This document shows, in pieces, positions 1 to 13,338 of a DNA stretch of 64,000 nt. Origin of the DNA: Eledone cirrhosa (lineage: Eukaryota); assembly GCA_964016885.1 (NCBI GenBank), contig OZ024743.1, forward strand, positions 192,696,001 through 192,760,000. Direction: 5' to 3'. The translations under genes were made by a program, and so were the position numbers. Position 1 is the stretch's first letter; each line of letters starts with the position of its first letter. The notes under the pieces were generated by a model. It was not told the origin of the DNA, did no database searches, and saw only the letters and a program-made list of their open reading frames with translations.

Positions 1-71
1 AAACGCAGAAGTGGATATTTCAAAAAACGTTGCAACCGGAGGAAGACAGGAAGACGATACTTTGGTTTGTG

Positions 72-338
72 GAAACGTTCCCTGGCAAAGAACGGGAAAA
101 AACGAATACAATACGTCATTAATAGGAGCGGTGAAAAACAATTACGCGTAAAGACAGAACCACGTTTATGGTATAAAAGAAGTCGTAGACTAATGTTCTC
201 TTAGGTGGTTCATAGAGACGTTCTCTGGTAATGAACGGAAAAAACGAAGATAATACGTCATATGTGGAGCGTGGAGAACAATTGCACGCGAAGACAAAAC
301 CACGTAAATGGTATAGCTGAAGTCGTAAACTAAAATTC
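72..338. repeat. Diverged tandem duplication, unit about 143 bp, in the PLE 3' region
   Basis: ACGTTC(C/T)CTGG..AACG..AATACGTCAT..AAGACA..ACCACGT..ATGGTATA..GAAGTCGTA occurs at about 72-198 and about 216-338. Confidence 0.75.
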
Positions 339-881
339 TAACTAGGAAACCGAATGAATCTCCGCTTCAGGGTTAAGAATAAAAAAATAAAATACAATAC
401 AGAGGTAATAGAAATTAAATAAATACATACACGCATGCAAATACGTACATACACAAGCATACGCGAAAACACTTGCCATAGGTATACAAAACCACGCACA
501 TATAAATATGTGTGTGTGTGTGTGCGTGTATACAAATAAATAAATAATTAAATAAACGTATATAAATAAATACGTATATAACAAGCGCACACACATACCC
601 ACATGTAAATACACAAATGTTCGGAGACGTAAGTCAACCAAAACATGAAGTACACATATACACACAACCTACATACGTACGAACCTGCATACTCACACAG
701 AAGCAAAACTCCCGTATACACATAACCAAACCATATGTACCAGAATATATAAAAAGTTATACGCCATAACATATACAATCAAATATACGTACGAGAAAGT
801 ATACGTACCTTCACAAAACATACAGGTAATATATACTTACCTATGCAAATAAGTAATGGTATAAACAAAACATATACTTAG

Positions 882-2018
882 CTACCACATCAAGACGTAA
901 AATATCCACGTATAAATCGTACTATCCGTTAGGGTATAACGTGGGGCTGTAATACAGGAAAGTTTTGTGCAATTTATGTTTACAAGCCAAATTGTCTCAG
1001 ATTTTTTGTTTAAGATGTGGTCTGTGGGGTAGAGTATTTCCAGGGCCTCAGCGGCGCAGAGGTCACACGGTCTTTTATTTCCGTTATACGATCTAGCCCT
1101 AGCTAGGATCTCCCAGTGTAACTTATATTGGGTGTGGTTGTCTTTTAGACTCCAGATATAAGCTGAAAGTGACGTCATATTCCTTCTTAGAAGGAAACGA
1201 AAAGAATGGGTATGTATGTAAAGACGCTGCTTGAATCTATTGGCGGTTAACCCTATGTAGGCCCTACGGGACGTGGGTGTTCCAACCTTACATTTGTAGA
1301 CAATGTTACTAGAGAGGCATTTCCCGGATAGGGGGCAATCAACCCGATTCCTACAATTACAGTTAGTACTAACTACAGGGTTGCACGTGTTCCTACGGCT
1401 AGGTAGTTTAGCTAAATTTGAAGCTGTGATGTTATGTGCAAGGTTAGGAGTCGTAGAGTAAGAAATTTTAATAGTATTTCTATTTAAAATGTTACTATAT
1501 TTATGTGTAGGGAGAAAATTCTTCGTAATAAGGGAAAGAAAGATCTTAGCTAATGGTGTGGCCACCTCCATATTATATGGTGGGTTATACCAACAAATGC
1601 GACGGGATCTATTTCTTCTAGGTCTATTTTCGTACTCTGTATATGCTACCTTATCGACAAATCCACTCCGAGCAAGAGCTTCATTGTAATAAGTGGAATG
1701 GTCGTTGAAAATATGCTCGTTAGCAGATAGACGGGAAAACCTCAACGAAACGTTTCTTACCAGGTTCTTGGTTATGCTGGCAGGATGGTTGGAATGCTTA
1801 CATATGTAATTAAGCGTATCATTCGGCTTTCTATACGGGTAATACAACCCATTCGATAAATTGAGGGTAACGCCGAGGTAATTAACGACCGAGAGATTGG
1901 CCTCAACCTGTATAGAGAGGTTGAAGCCTTTAAAGAAGGCTGTGATTTCTTTTCTGAACCTGTCGCAAGCACGAGGTCCGCACTTAGTCATGGTCAAAAG
2001 ACCATCATCACGGTACAA
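882..2018 (-). pseudogene. PLE ORF fragment: RT catalytic/thumb region, Cys-rich linker, GIY-YIG endonuclease
   Basis: GGGLYRDDGL catalytic motif, YLGVTLNL, PYRKPN, SNHP, WYNPPY, CNCRNRVDCPLSGKC, IVYKCKV..AYIGLT..FKQR, CDLC. The N-terminal RT is missing. Confidence 0.92.
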
Positions 2019-2126
2019 ACCACCGCCCGCGTTGGGGAATTCGTCCTTACGGTTCTTATATATTTGATATATATTTATCCTTATCGAGCCCTCTTTGGAT
2101 TTTAGTCTTCAAATTTATTATTATTA

Positions 2127-2188
<62 letters not shown>

Positions 2189-2612
2189 GAGACGCACAAG
2201 ATAAAGACACCATACTGTCTTGAAGAAAGTGTTTCGCGTGACATGTTGATTGTAAATGAAATGCTAATGGAAACTGCAGCGGGTCATGTTTCCTGGTTTG
2301 TGGAAGCAATTAGATATGAAGATGGAAGACTCCATCATTTATTCTATACGTATACACTCCTAATGGATTATGACATATTTATTTAATGCCCATTGTATCA
2401 GAGGATGGGAAATCTAAAGGATGAAATATAATCCATGATATTAGATCTAAATGTGACAACTCTATCAGTAGTTTAAGTTAACAGTTCTTTAAGTCCAGGA
2501 GGTGAATAGAGAATGGGTGATATTAGCATTTGTCATTTACTACAACATAAATTGAAGAGGGGATTTTCTTGGGAGTTTCTGAACTCGTTTAACCACCTGA
2601 ATACACCACGAT

Positions 2613-2868
2613 GGAAGCGCGTAGTCTAGTGGTAAGGGTGTTGGAATTATGACCATAACGCTGTGGGTTCGATTGCTGGAGTGGGTTGTGTGTTGTGTTC
2701 TTGAGCAAAATACTTCATTTCATACTCAACTGAAAATGAGTACCAGCGATAGCTGGGAGTTTAACCCGTTCAGCCCAGGGGGGAGTATTGTACTCTCTGT
2801 CGCTTAACGCCATGGAAACCATGATAAGCGCCGGCCTGATGAGCCTCCGGGCTTCAGACAGACTTTAG
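2613..2868 (+). mobile_element. tRNA-derived SINE
   Basis: A-box-like TAGTCTAGTGG and B-box-like GGTTCGATTGC, then GTGTTGTGTTCTTGAGCAA. The head is shared with reverse copies near 22.4k, 36.7k, 46.1k, 48.5k and 52.1k. Confidence 0.7.
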
Positions 2869-3560
2869 AGATACGCCACGTACAGAAATTTCCTCACCCA
2901 TTTTTCCCGAGTTGTTTATTTGAATTCCATCGTTTTGTTTTTTTTAAATTGCCAATAGTTTTGAAAGTATTGGACAATTTTATTTTGTATGTTTGAAGCA
3001 GATGTTGATATTTTTTCTGTCTCATTTTAGTATGTGTGCTGTTGTATCTTCATTTTACATCGTACCTTTAATTCATAGGGCCAGGTTTATCACATATATC
3101 ACTCTCGTTCAGTATGTGAATTAAAATATATAAATACATAAATGTGGAATATTCAGCCACTTATACGTAAATTCACGAGTTGTTCGTTCAGTTGATCAAA
3201 CAATAGAATTCGTATCGCCGAAACCGACGGAAGATCCATCGTCATTCTACAATCTTCTGTACTTGCTTCCTTGCTGTTATTTTCTGGCTAAAGCCAGCAT
3301 GACTGACTGCATTCGCTGTCTCACCATTTTGCAGTGGGCTTTGGTGGTTTTATTTCCGCCAGTCGTTTATCTGGTACTTTTCTCAGACCCGCGAAGACTA
3401 GGCTTATTTAGAGGCGGCCTTTAATCGCATTGTCGTAGCTACATCACTGGGTTGTGAGAGTTTTCCTGGGAGCCACCAATACTCCATCACCCCTAGTAGT
3501 TTACTACTGTTGGTCCGAGGTTGCTTTTTATCCGATAGGTGCCCGCTTATATCTCAACTA

Positions 3561-3804
3561 TGGGCATGTGGTTAGAATGTCTCAGGAAAGAACCGCTGGA
3601 CAGATTTTACGAACAAATCCAACCACCAGGAGACCCAGAGGTAGACCCCGAGCAAGATGGTTGGACAACATCCATGAGCTTGGCTGGCCTCGCTTGGGGA
3701 TCCAGCAGGATCAGTTGGAGAGGGTGGCCTCTGACAGGACCTCTAGAAGGAGTGTTTGAGGACTCTGCCCGAAGAAGAAGAAGAAGAAGAAGAAGAAGAA
3801 GAAG

Positions 3805-3833
<29 letters not shown>
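3561..3833 (+). mobile_element. RTE-clade LINE 3' fragment with (GAA)n tail
   Basis: GHVVRM..RRPRGRPRARWLD..ASDR, typical of an RTE C-terminus, followed by a long GAA run. Confidence 0.8.
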
Positions 3834-3835
<2 letters not shown>

Positions 3836-4194
3836 CAGCATGTCATAGGGTAACCAATTTAGCTCTTTGAATTATGGATATATCCCATCCACAGTTTCCG
3901 ACTACCAAATCTCACTCACAAGACCCGAGTCATCTCTAGGCTTTTGTAGGAAAACACCTGGCCAGCATTACATGTAGAGGGATCCAGCCCTGGACATCAT
4001 GACTACGAAGCGAACTCATTAACCACTCGCCTGTGCCTTATTTACACACCCTCAGAGACTCATGCATACACACGCACACTCGTGCTATATGTGTGTATGT
4101 GTAAAGATTCATAGTCCTTATGTTCAACATAACAGTTTAATATGTATCTATGTAAACATACATATTCAATTTCATGTTGTTATTGTATAATATA

Positions 4195-4490
4195 GGAGCG
4201 AATTGGGAGAGTCATTAGAACGTCTGATAGAGTGTTTTGGCGGGATTCGTTCTGGCTCTAAACTGTTTGAGTTCAAATCCCATCGCAGTTAACTTTTCCT
4301 TTAATCCTTTTGAGGTCGATAAAAAAAGTGCCAGTCTCGTAATGGGTTGATTCTTCCTCTATATCTGGAATAAATCTGCTGTACTCAGGCCTGGAGAGTG
4401 ATAGACACCGCCTGGCTTAAAAGTGCCACAGAAACGCCGTATGTCAATACAGCGCCCCTACGATTCCATCAGGAGTTACGGGACCATACC
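4195..4490 (+). mobile_element. tRNA-derived SINE (family A head) plus a second 3' module
   Basis: GAGTTCAAATCCC B-box and GGTCGATAAA..AGT(G/A)CCAG core. The same two-part layout recurs at about 5515-5820, 10050-10425 and 21890-22215. Confidence 0.65.
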
Positions 4491-4803
4491 AATTAATAAT
4501 ATCAGGATTATATAATGCATTTTTACCCAAACGTTTGGAACCTAAACTTATTTGTACAGCTATGAAGTGCGAAAAAAAAAAAAAAAAAAAAAAAAGATTT
4601 TTTTTTACATTTTATATCAACATAATCGACATTCGGAAATTTACCTCAGCAAATTTTCATAAAGAAATATGCATTATTAAGAAAGTTATAAGTCGGTGGC
4701 GTGGCAGCACTACAATGTGTGTGTGTGTGTGTGTACGAGTACGTAATTATGTATATATGTACGTACGCACATATGTATCTAGGTATGTATACATGTATGT
4801 ATG

Positions 4804-4944
4804 CAGGGACGTCTTAACAGCATTATAGTCCCCCGGGCAAAGCAGAGCACTGGGGCCCCTACCTACACAACCACACACAGGAATAAAAATACAAATGGGT
4901 CCCCGGGCAACTGCCCAGCGTGCCCATGCGTTAAGACGGCCCTG
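4804..4944. mobile_element. hAT-type MITE (141 bp)
   Basis: TIRs CAGGGACGTCTTAAC / GTTAAGACGGCCCTG with 8-bp TSD TATGTATG on both sides. Confidence 0.85.
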
Positions 4945-6503
4945 TATGTATGCATGTGTGTGCGCGGTGACATGGAAATTAGCCGCTTCACTAAACTGCA
5001 TTTATGCCAAAATAATGGTTGCTGATTTAGGCACAAGTCCAACAATTTGCAGAGAGAGAAAAATCAAATAAATCGACCTCAGTCATTTCTGGTACTTTAT
5101 TTTATACCACCGTAAGGATGAAAGGCAACACTAACCTCAGCTGTATTTGAACACGGAACTTAAACACACTTGGACACATATTTACATATATACAGACACA
5201 AAAAGAAAAAAAATAACCCAGAGGCATTTACATACATTTACGGGAATACGTACTTTTACGCACTCACACGCTAATGTCCATGTCTGCCGTTAGCATCCAC
5301 ACACGCATTCATACACATATATCCACACATACAAACACACACACGCACACACAGACAATTGATGTTGCTTACACAGCTGTGGTTGTGAAAGAAATCACAA
5401 TCTACCCAGTTGTATAAAAATTACTTGGGACACATTTTTGACAAATTCCACCCAGAATCGGATAAGATTCCAATCATTCTAGGTGTGTCACTATGCCTGT
5501 AGTTTTGTTAAGGCAGCGAATTTGGCTGAGTCGTTAGGGCGTCATATTACCAGCTTCGGTGCTTTTTTTTCTCGGCTGTCTGCGCCAATGTCAAATATAT
5601 TTTACCGAGGTCGATAAATAAAGTGCCAATCCAATACAGAGATCTATTCTTCTTTCGTCTCTCTTTAATACTTTCTCTTGTTTTTCTCTCTCTCTTTCTC
5701 TAGAAAAAATCGGCTCTGTTTAGTCATGAAGAGAAATACGTTCCACCAGATTTAAAAGGCCCAAGACATGTCGGGTCTCAGGACGGCGTCCCTACGACTC
5801 TTTCAGGAGTTAAGGGCCCTTTTTCCTTCCTAGTTCTGTTGACTTGGTGAATGTAATATTGTTGCCGTTGCTGAGCCTGCAGTCACCTCTAATGGAAGAG
5901 ACTAATGACGAAAACCGTTACCTGTGTATTGAGCACTAGTTCTACAATGTGTGTCCTATTCTCCCAAATAAAATAATTTCATCTTATAGGTTAGTAAACT
6001 GACAAACCCAGCTTTTGCCTCATCTTGTTCTGACCCAGTAAGAAAATGAGTATGTCTGCATTTTCCACTACAGTCCACAGTCCACATTCATCCACGCCAA
6101 ATCATGTTACAAGTCCACCAACCCGCTCCACCTCTCTGGATATTTCGACAATGCTGCTGTGTGTCGAAGATCTTTATCGGTGTATTTATTGATCGTAGGA
6201 AGTTATATACATGCATACATAGTCCCGTAACTCCCGAGGAAGTCGTTGGGACGCCATATTGACATACACCGTTTCTAGGGCATTAAAGAAAAGAACCTGG
6301 TGGAGCCCATCTCCTCTCCAGGTCTGATCACAGTAGATTTCTTCCAGAATAGCCTAGAAAGTCTGGGTGAGAGAATGGAAGTTAGAAAAGAATATACACA
6401 CACAGACACACTCGATTTCATTGTTCTGTAAAAAGTTCAATGGAAGTAAGATTCGAAAAAGAAAAACCATTCCAGGGGTCACTTATGCAAGAATATTACA
6501 GAA

Positions 6504-6507
<4 letters not shown>

Positions 6508-6588
<81 letters not shown>

Positions 6589-6603
6589 CATATATATATA
6601 TAC

Positions 6604-6666
<63 letters not shown>

Positions 6667-6667
6667 C

Positions 6668-6744
<77 letters not shown>

Positions 6745-6805
6745 CATATATATGCATATATATATATATATATATACACATATATATATATATATATATA
6801 TGTAC

Positions 6806-6898
<93 letters not shown>

Positions 6899-7020
6899 TA
6901 TACATATATATGCATATATATATATATATAGTACACATATATATATATATATATATATATGTACATATATATACATATATATATATACATATATACATAT
7001 AAATACATATATATATATAC

Positions 7021-7075
<55 letters not shown>
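6508..7075. repeat. Long (TA)n/(TACA) microsatellite
   Basis: About 570 bp of TA with CA interruptions. Confidence 0.97.
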
Positions 7076-7077
<2 letters not shown>

Positions 7078-7184
7078 AACAAGTATGACCCCGACGGCAG
7101 AGTCCAAGCCGTTTCGACGGGCTAATTCTGGAATTAACGTCGAAACGGCTTGAGCTCTGTCGTCGGGGTCATACTTGTTCCTAT
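7073..7184. repeat. Inverted repeat with 47-bp arms; inverted duplication of a hammerhead 3' half
   Basis: Arms 7073-7119 and 7138-7184 differ at 3 positions. The right arm reads CGTC-GAAA-CGG-CTTGAGCT-CTG-TC. Confidence 0.9.
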
Positions 7185-7313
7185 TACCCACTCTACTGCC
7201 CTAAGTATTGAGTACTTTGGTGCGTTATGGTCCATCTGGTTCCTTACACCATTTCATCGTTATATATATATATATATTTCGTTCTGAAATTTGACCCTCC
7301 CAAAGTATAACAA

Positions 7314-7353
<40 letters not shown>

Positions 7354-7731
7354 ATTGAGCTCTCCCCAACCAACCCAGTAATATTTGCGAGAAGCGAGAA
7401 ATAGGTAAGAACAAACAAGCCGAAGAGAAAAACCCTCTACGTAGTCGCTCGACATATTAGAAATACCAGTTAAATCTCCCTGATATCAACTCATCCTACC
7501 ATCTTAAACAAAAAACTTGAAGGGTACATTAGCTAATGGATTCATGAACATACTGGATATACGAATGTTGAGGCATTCAAAGCTGCTTGAACACGTTTTG
7601 ATCATAGCTTTGTCTACACGATCACGGCTTACCTGGGGCTAAACAACAAGTCCAACGCAGTAAGTAAATGAAAACAAAACGTTTGGGCAAGGCAAGCCGA
7701 ATAGATTTGATGCAAGCAGTAAACTAATACA

Positions 7732-7795
<64 letters not shown>

Positions 7796-7873
7796 CACAG
7801 CCAGCCGACTAAATTGTGGTTTGTACATCACTGGTCGGTTGGTCCCATATTATAATAATAATGATAATGATAA

Positions 7874-7928
<55 letters not shown>

Positions 7929-8167
7929 GTTTAGGGATTGTAACGTCAAGTTTCTGTTGTTACATATATATATACACATTCACATACTCACCATCATCAT
8001 CCTCGAGTACATGGTTTATTTGGTTAAAGCAACGATCCAGGTACACACTGCTTACACCCCGATGTCTTCTGAAAAAGTTTACACTTTTTTCTTTTTTTGC
8101 CCACCCTTTCTCTCTTTTTCTCTTTTTCTCTCTTTCTCTCTACTCCCTCTTATCTACCGCTGCTGTT

Positions 8168-8227
<60 letters not shown>

Positions 8228-8786
8228 TACCACTACCACCACCTACTATGCTGTTGTTACTACTATTACCGTTACTACTATTGTTACTATGTCTAATGAA
8301 TGTGCTACTGCTGCTGACGTTGTTGTTATTGTTGCCAATGCCGTTATTTCCCGATGTTGGTAAAAGCTGCATTATCGTACTGTTTGGTTGCTTTTGTTGG
8401 TTAGACGACTGTAAGACGGAAAACAAGGAACCTTCTATGAGGACACACCCACACGCTAGAAATGGCAGTCAAATCTCCCTAAAACTACATCTTACCGTCT
8501 TAAATAAAAAAAAAAGATACCTCAGACAATGTAGTCACTTATATTCTCACTTAATTATTTCTATCAGCATAGTGCATGGCCCCAGTATACTGATAGAAAT
8601 ACTCCTAAAAGTCGATTATATCAATCCTATCCCACACCAGCACTTTTTTTCAAGTTTAGTATTTGTTTTATCGCTCTCCATTTGTCGAACCGCTAGGCTA
8701 CGGGACATAAACATATATATTTAAACTTTCAGTTTGGTAAGCTGACAAACCTAATTTTTGACACTTCTAGCCATACTAAGATAGAC

Positions 8787-9250
8787 TTCTTTATTTGCCA
8801 CAAGGGCGCACAAGAAATGGGAAATTACAAGGCATGGGACGGCGGGGGGTTTATATGGAAGCGTGTAAATAAATTTAACAATTATAAATAAACAATCGAA
8901 ATTCCCAATAGGAGTGAACGTCACTGCGGGGTTGTTTTATACCCCGTAGATAGAACAACCCACAACACCGAAAGCATGTTTTGGTAAATGCTGCCTTTTT
9001 CTCTCTTGTATTCTTCAACCTACAGGTTTATATACAGAGTATACTCGGGCCATTTTCGCTACATTTACCCAACTTTCAGCGAATTTACTGGGATGCAACA
9101 CCTCTCTCTCCATCCTCAAGCCTGTATTATCCGCTACACAGCCCACACTTACCCCCACCAAAACACGTGGCGAGTCATAACATCATACGACCCTCTCCAC
9201 TGCTTTGGATATTTCCACATCGCTGCTACGCGGCAAAGATGTTTAGGGAT
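8787..9250 (-). mobile_element. Old 3' fragment of the Tx1-like LINE family
   Basis: 3' end CCCTTGTGGCAAATAAAGAA matches the other copies and abuts AGATAGA; decayed ORF2 C-terminus. Confidence 0.8.
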
Positions 9251-10496
9251 TTATTAATATATATCTACTAATATATAATAAGCTTGTGTATTTGTCCGTC
9301 ACAAGAGATGACTGAGGAAGTAAGGGATGATGACAAACTGAGAAAGGAAGGCGTGATAACGTCGACTTAGGAAGGAAGGGGTGGCAGCGCCCAATATTCG
9401 CTACATCCGTGTGTTTACATGTATACTGAATTGGCTACACATATTGGCTGTTATGATTATGTGTATTTGTGTGTATGTATATGTATGTTTGTGAAAATTA
9501 TATTTATTTATATTTGTGTGAGTATATATGTGCTTGTGTGTGTTTATTTAGAAAGATACATAGACAATAGAATTACAAACACACACGATTTCACTGGTGA
9601 CAGTTGCTCTAGTGATGGTATTGGTTGTTATTGGTGGTGCTTATGATGGTGGTCACGGTATGGTTGTTGTTGGTGATGGTGGTGGTGCTGGTAGTAATGA
9701 TGAAGGCGAGTATGGTTTTGGTGGTGATAGCGCTGGTAGTGACGGTGATGATGTAGCTGTGGTTCTCATTGTTTAGCCGTGGTCCAGTACGTTCCAGCAC
9801 TCCCCATCAATAAACCTCGAATGAAGAAAATGAAAATATTTCGGTCGATTCACCGGATTCATTGCGTATATACGCGTTCGGGTTAGGGTCATGTTTGGTT
9901 AGGATTAGCAGGGCTGGGTTAGCCGTTAAGCAAAATATTCACATGCTTAGGGCAACAAGGGAAGATTTTATTCAAGTTAAATGTATTTATCATAAAAAGA
10001 AATCTTTGCAGACTTCTTATAGGGGGGGGGGGGGGGGGGGGGGGGGCTAGCGAATTGGCTGAGTCTTGGGAACGTCGAATTAAAGGCTTTGTGGTATTCG
10101 TTGCAGTTCTCTGTGATCTCTGAATTTAAATCCTGCCGAAGTCAGCTTTGTCTTTCATCTTTACGAAGTTGATAAAAAAAAGTACCAGTCCAGTGTTGGG
10201 GTCATTTCTTTCTCTACTGTACACCTCTCGCTTACCCCCCCCCCTACCGTCTCTCTCTCTCTCGCTCTCTCTCGCTCTCTCTCTCTTTCATTTCTCTCCG
10301 CTCCTCTGTAAGAAATCGGCAGTGTTCAGGCCTGGGGGTCATGGGCTCCGCCAAGTTTAAAGCGCCCTAAACATGCCGTATATCTCGACGGAGCCCCTAA
10401 AAAGCCACTCTGAATTACGTGTCCATACATAAATATATGGGAGGAGTGCACCATAATCTTTTAAGTATTTGGGGCCTCAAAGGAACTTGAATAAAA

Positions 10497-10559
<63 letters not shown>

Positions 10560-10804
10560 GAGCATGCGAAATGAGTCTGGTGAATTCGGCACCAGTCTAG
10601 AACCAAGGGTATCGGAACGCTAACCATTTCACGACGTGTGCCGGCGGCGCTTTATTGCCACTACCATCCGAGGGGGTGGACAGGGTACTTTTTATTGTTT
10701 TCACCAGCATTACCACTTTACAAAATGTGTTGGATACATTTATCATGGTGCCAACACTACTACATTTCGACACTAGAGCGCTCGCTGTGTCCTCAGCCAG
10801 TCAG

Positions 10805-10868
<64 letters not shown>

Positions 10869-11690
10869 AGGTGAATCGACTGGGTACTTTATTTATCGAC
10901 TCCTAAAAGATGGATGAAGGCATAGTTAGTCTCGGTGAGATATGAACTCAGAGTGCAGGGAGCTGAACCGGAATGAATTCCGCAAAGCTCACCAATCTGA
11001 CGTCCTTAACGACTATGCCAATTCTTCAATCGACATACATCAATTATAAACATTAAAAGTTCAATTTATCGTAGTTGTCTCCCTTACATTCACTGCCTAA
11101 TCAATTTATCAACGCATGTATTTTGCCTGTTCTCATTACATTCCTTCTCAGTTTGTTCCATATCAACTATCAGGGCTACTATTAGGTCAACTAGGCAGCT
11201 GCTTAAGGTATCGATCTCATAGGGGCGCATTATTGAACCTTAAAGGACCATAGTTTTATACATATTCATATATTTAAATTAAATATATAATAATGTGTTA
11301 CATAGACCTGGAAGAACCTTCCGAGCTCTTTACTTTATTCAAATAATTTCCCAGTGATTTGAACTGTGAGCGTTGTGGGTGCGTTGTGGGCCATTGGTAT
11401 CAGGGGAACCAAAACAAACCATAACGACATAAACTCTTCTCCATATCATGGAGTTTCATTTTGTTCATGTCAAATAAACCAAATAAACCCCAGATTTTCA
11501 TAATTTTCATACAAAATGACGCTAACATAAGGACACGAAATAGTGGTAACAGTGGGACATGAAATTGGTGAATTTGTATTGTCCTGTATCTCCTGGTGGA
11601 GTCGTAGGTTAGCCTTAAGGATATACAGCATGCATTGGACATTTAAAATCTGCTGGAGCACATTCCCTCTCCAGGTCTGAATAACCGATT

Positions 11691-11748
<58 letters not shown>

Positions 11749-11749
11749 T

Positions 11750-12483
11750 TTAAGATAAGCAGAACAAGCAAAATTCAACCAATTTTTTAAAAATAAATTT
11801 AAAAATATAATTTAAATATTTTTATTATATTTAAATTATATTTTTTAATTTATTTTTTAAAAATTGGTTGAATTTTGCTTGTTCTGCTTATCTTAATATT
11901 ATAGTTCTGGTATGTCAAATTAATACCATAGAACAACCTTAAATCATAGACAACCTATATATTTCTAGGGGTACTTAGTACCCTTGGGCATATTAACTTC
12001 TATTATTATTCTCGTTATGTTGAGAACAAATCTGTTGTTTCTATTTAGCTGCTATTTTTAGTAACGAGATAGACAACACGTCTATGTTTTTCCCGCTTTC
12101 ACCTCGGGCATTTCACGTACGGGTCATTTTTCGACCTTTTAGATCCGTGCTAGCTGGCGGATAACAATATATTTTATTGTTCCTGGGTCTTTAGCCCTAG
12201 GAAAGGAAAATGCTTCTCTGATGAACTTTGATTTTCCATTAGAAATCCATTGGATTTCTGGTGTTTTACAAAGCGAAACCGATCGGTAAGGGCCAAAAGA
12301 ATAGGTAAATATTTAAATTATATTTTTTAATTTATTTTTAAAAAATTGGTTGAATTTTGCTTGTTCTGCTTATCTTAATATTATAGTTCTGGTATGTCAA
12401 ATTAATACCATAGAACAACCTTAAATCATAGACAACCTATATATTTCTAGGGGTACTTAGTACCCTTGGGCATATTAACTTCT
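11750..12483 (+). mobile_element. Non-coding hammerhead-bearing element (PLE pseudo-LTR or retrozyme-like)
   Basis: 175-bp direct repeats at 11827-12001 and 12309-12483 (period 482). A 70-bp inverted copy lies at 11750-11819, with an HHR between the repeats. Flanked by (TA)n and (CT)n(TA)n. Confidence 0.78.
12214..12292 (+). ncRNA. Minimal type-I hammerhead ribozyme motif
   Basis: TTCT-CTGATGA(12218)-A-CTTTG..[ATTAGAAATCCA/TGGATTTCTGGT]..CAAAG-C-GAAA(12275)-CCGATCGG-TA-AGGG. Palindromic stem III; predicted GUA cleavage after 12288. Confidence 0.78.
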
Positions 12484-12512
<29 letters not shown>

Positions 12513-12516
<4 letters not shown>

Positions 12517-13297
12517 GAATAAAGTTAGTCCTTCATCAGTGATCTTCCAACCATCATTGGTATTTCATCGCTTTAAAGACCATATACCTCCGGTTGGTGC
12601 GAGCAACGACTAAAAAAAGTCGTTGGGACACGTAAATAAAGGGGACACGAGAGTGTAAACAAACAAGATGGTGAAGCAACGAAAAGTGAGGAAGAAGGAG
12701 TCAAGTCCCAGATTTCCATGAATATAAGTTCGGTGAAATCGTGAACGAGAGAGAATAAAGACTATCAAACCTGGTTGGAATGTGAGCAAGGAAGGAATTC
12801 CGTACAGGTCTAACGGGAGGAAGAAGGGATCTAGTCTGTGAATTCGGTGAACGTAAGTTCTGTGAAATCGTAGACGAGAGAGAGAAAAAAAAGCGACCTG
12901 CCTGACCAAGGGTGCGAAAGAAAAGAATTACGCACAGGTCAAACGGGAAGAAGGAGGAGGAGGAGAGGTAGTAACAGAGAGTGAGTGAGTGAAGGGTGAG
13001 GAAGAGGCTAACAAAGAGAGTGACTGTTAGAGAGGGTAAAGATACAGAGAAAGAGGAAGCAGTAAGAACGAAATAGACGGGTCACAGCGGGGGAAAGAAT
13101 ATGTGTAAATATGAGAATAAACGTGCTGCGTGGTTGCTAATGGGTTACATATGAATAAAGTGGTCCTTCATCAGTGATCTTCCAACCATCATTGGTATTT
13201 CATCGCTTTAAAGACCATATACCTCCGGTTGGTGCGAGCAACGGCTAAAAAAAGTCGTTGGGACACGTAAATAAAGGGGACACGAGAGTGTAAACAA

Positions 13298-13298
<1 letters not shown>
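12513..13298. mobile_element. Non-coding element with about 150-bp terminal direct repeats between (TA)n tracts
   Basis: 12513-12663 and 13149-13298 are near-identical. Internal diverged duplication of about 128 bp at about 12690-12955. No TG..CA ends. Confidence 0.7.

Positions 13299-13338
<40 letters not shown>

Larger units (their letters stand above)
1..2055 (-). mobile_element. Penelope-like element (Neptune-type), 5'-truncated; 3' non-coding region runs off the window start
   Basis: Contains the RT C-terminal/GIY-YIG ORF 882-2018. Coding homology stops at about 2055, next to a short AT-rich piece and (TA)n at about 2134-2183. Confidence 0.88.

Noticed and set aside
340-372. Expected hammerhead at the 3' end of the first PLE
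   Set aside because: Only CTGAAGC is present on the minus strand, with no GAAA; the real motif probably lies outside the window.
2836-2860. CTGATGA-GCC-TCCG-GGC as a hammerhead
   Set aside because: No GAAA after the stem; it is part of a SINE 3' region.
6367-7191. Long ORFs such as YIYIYI, and similar ERER, CVCV, poly-T/N/L frames throughout the window
   Set aside because: Translations of microsatellites, with no protein signal.
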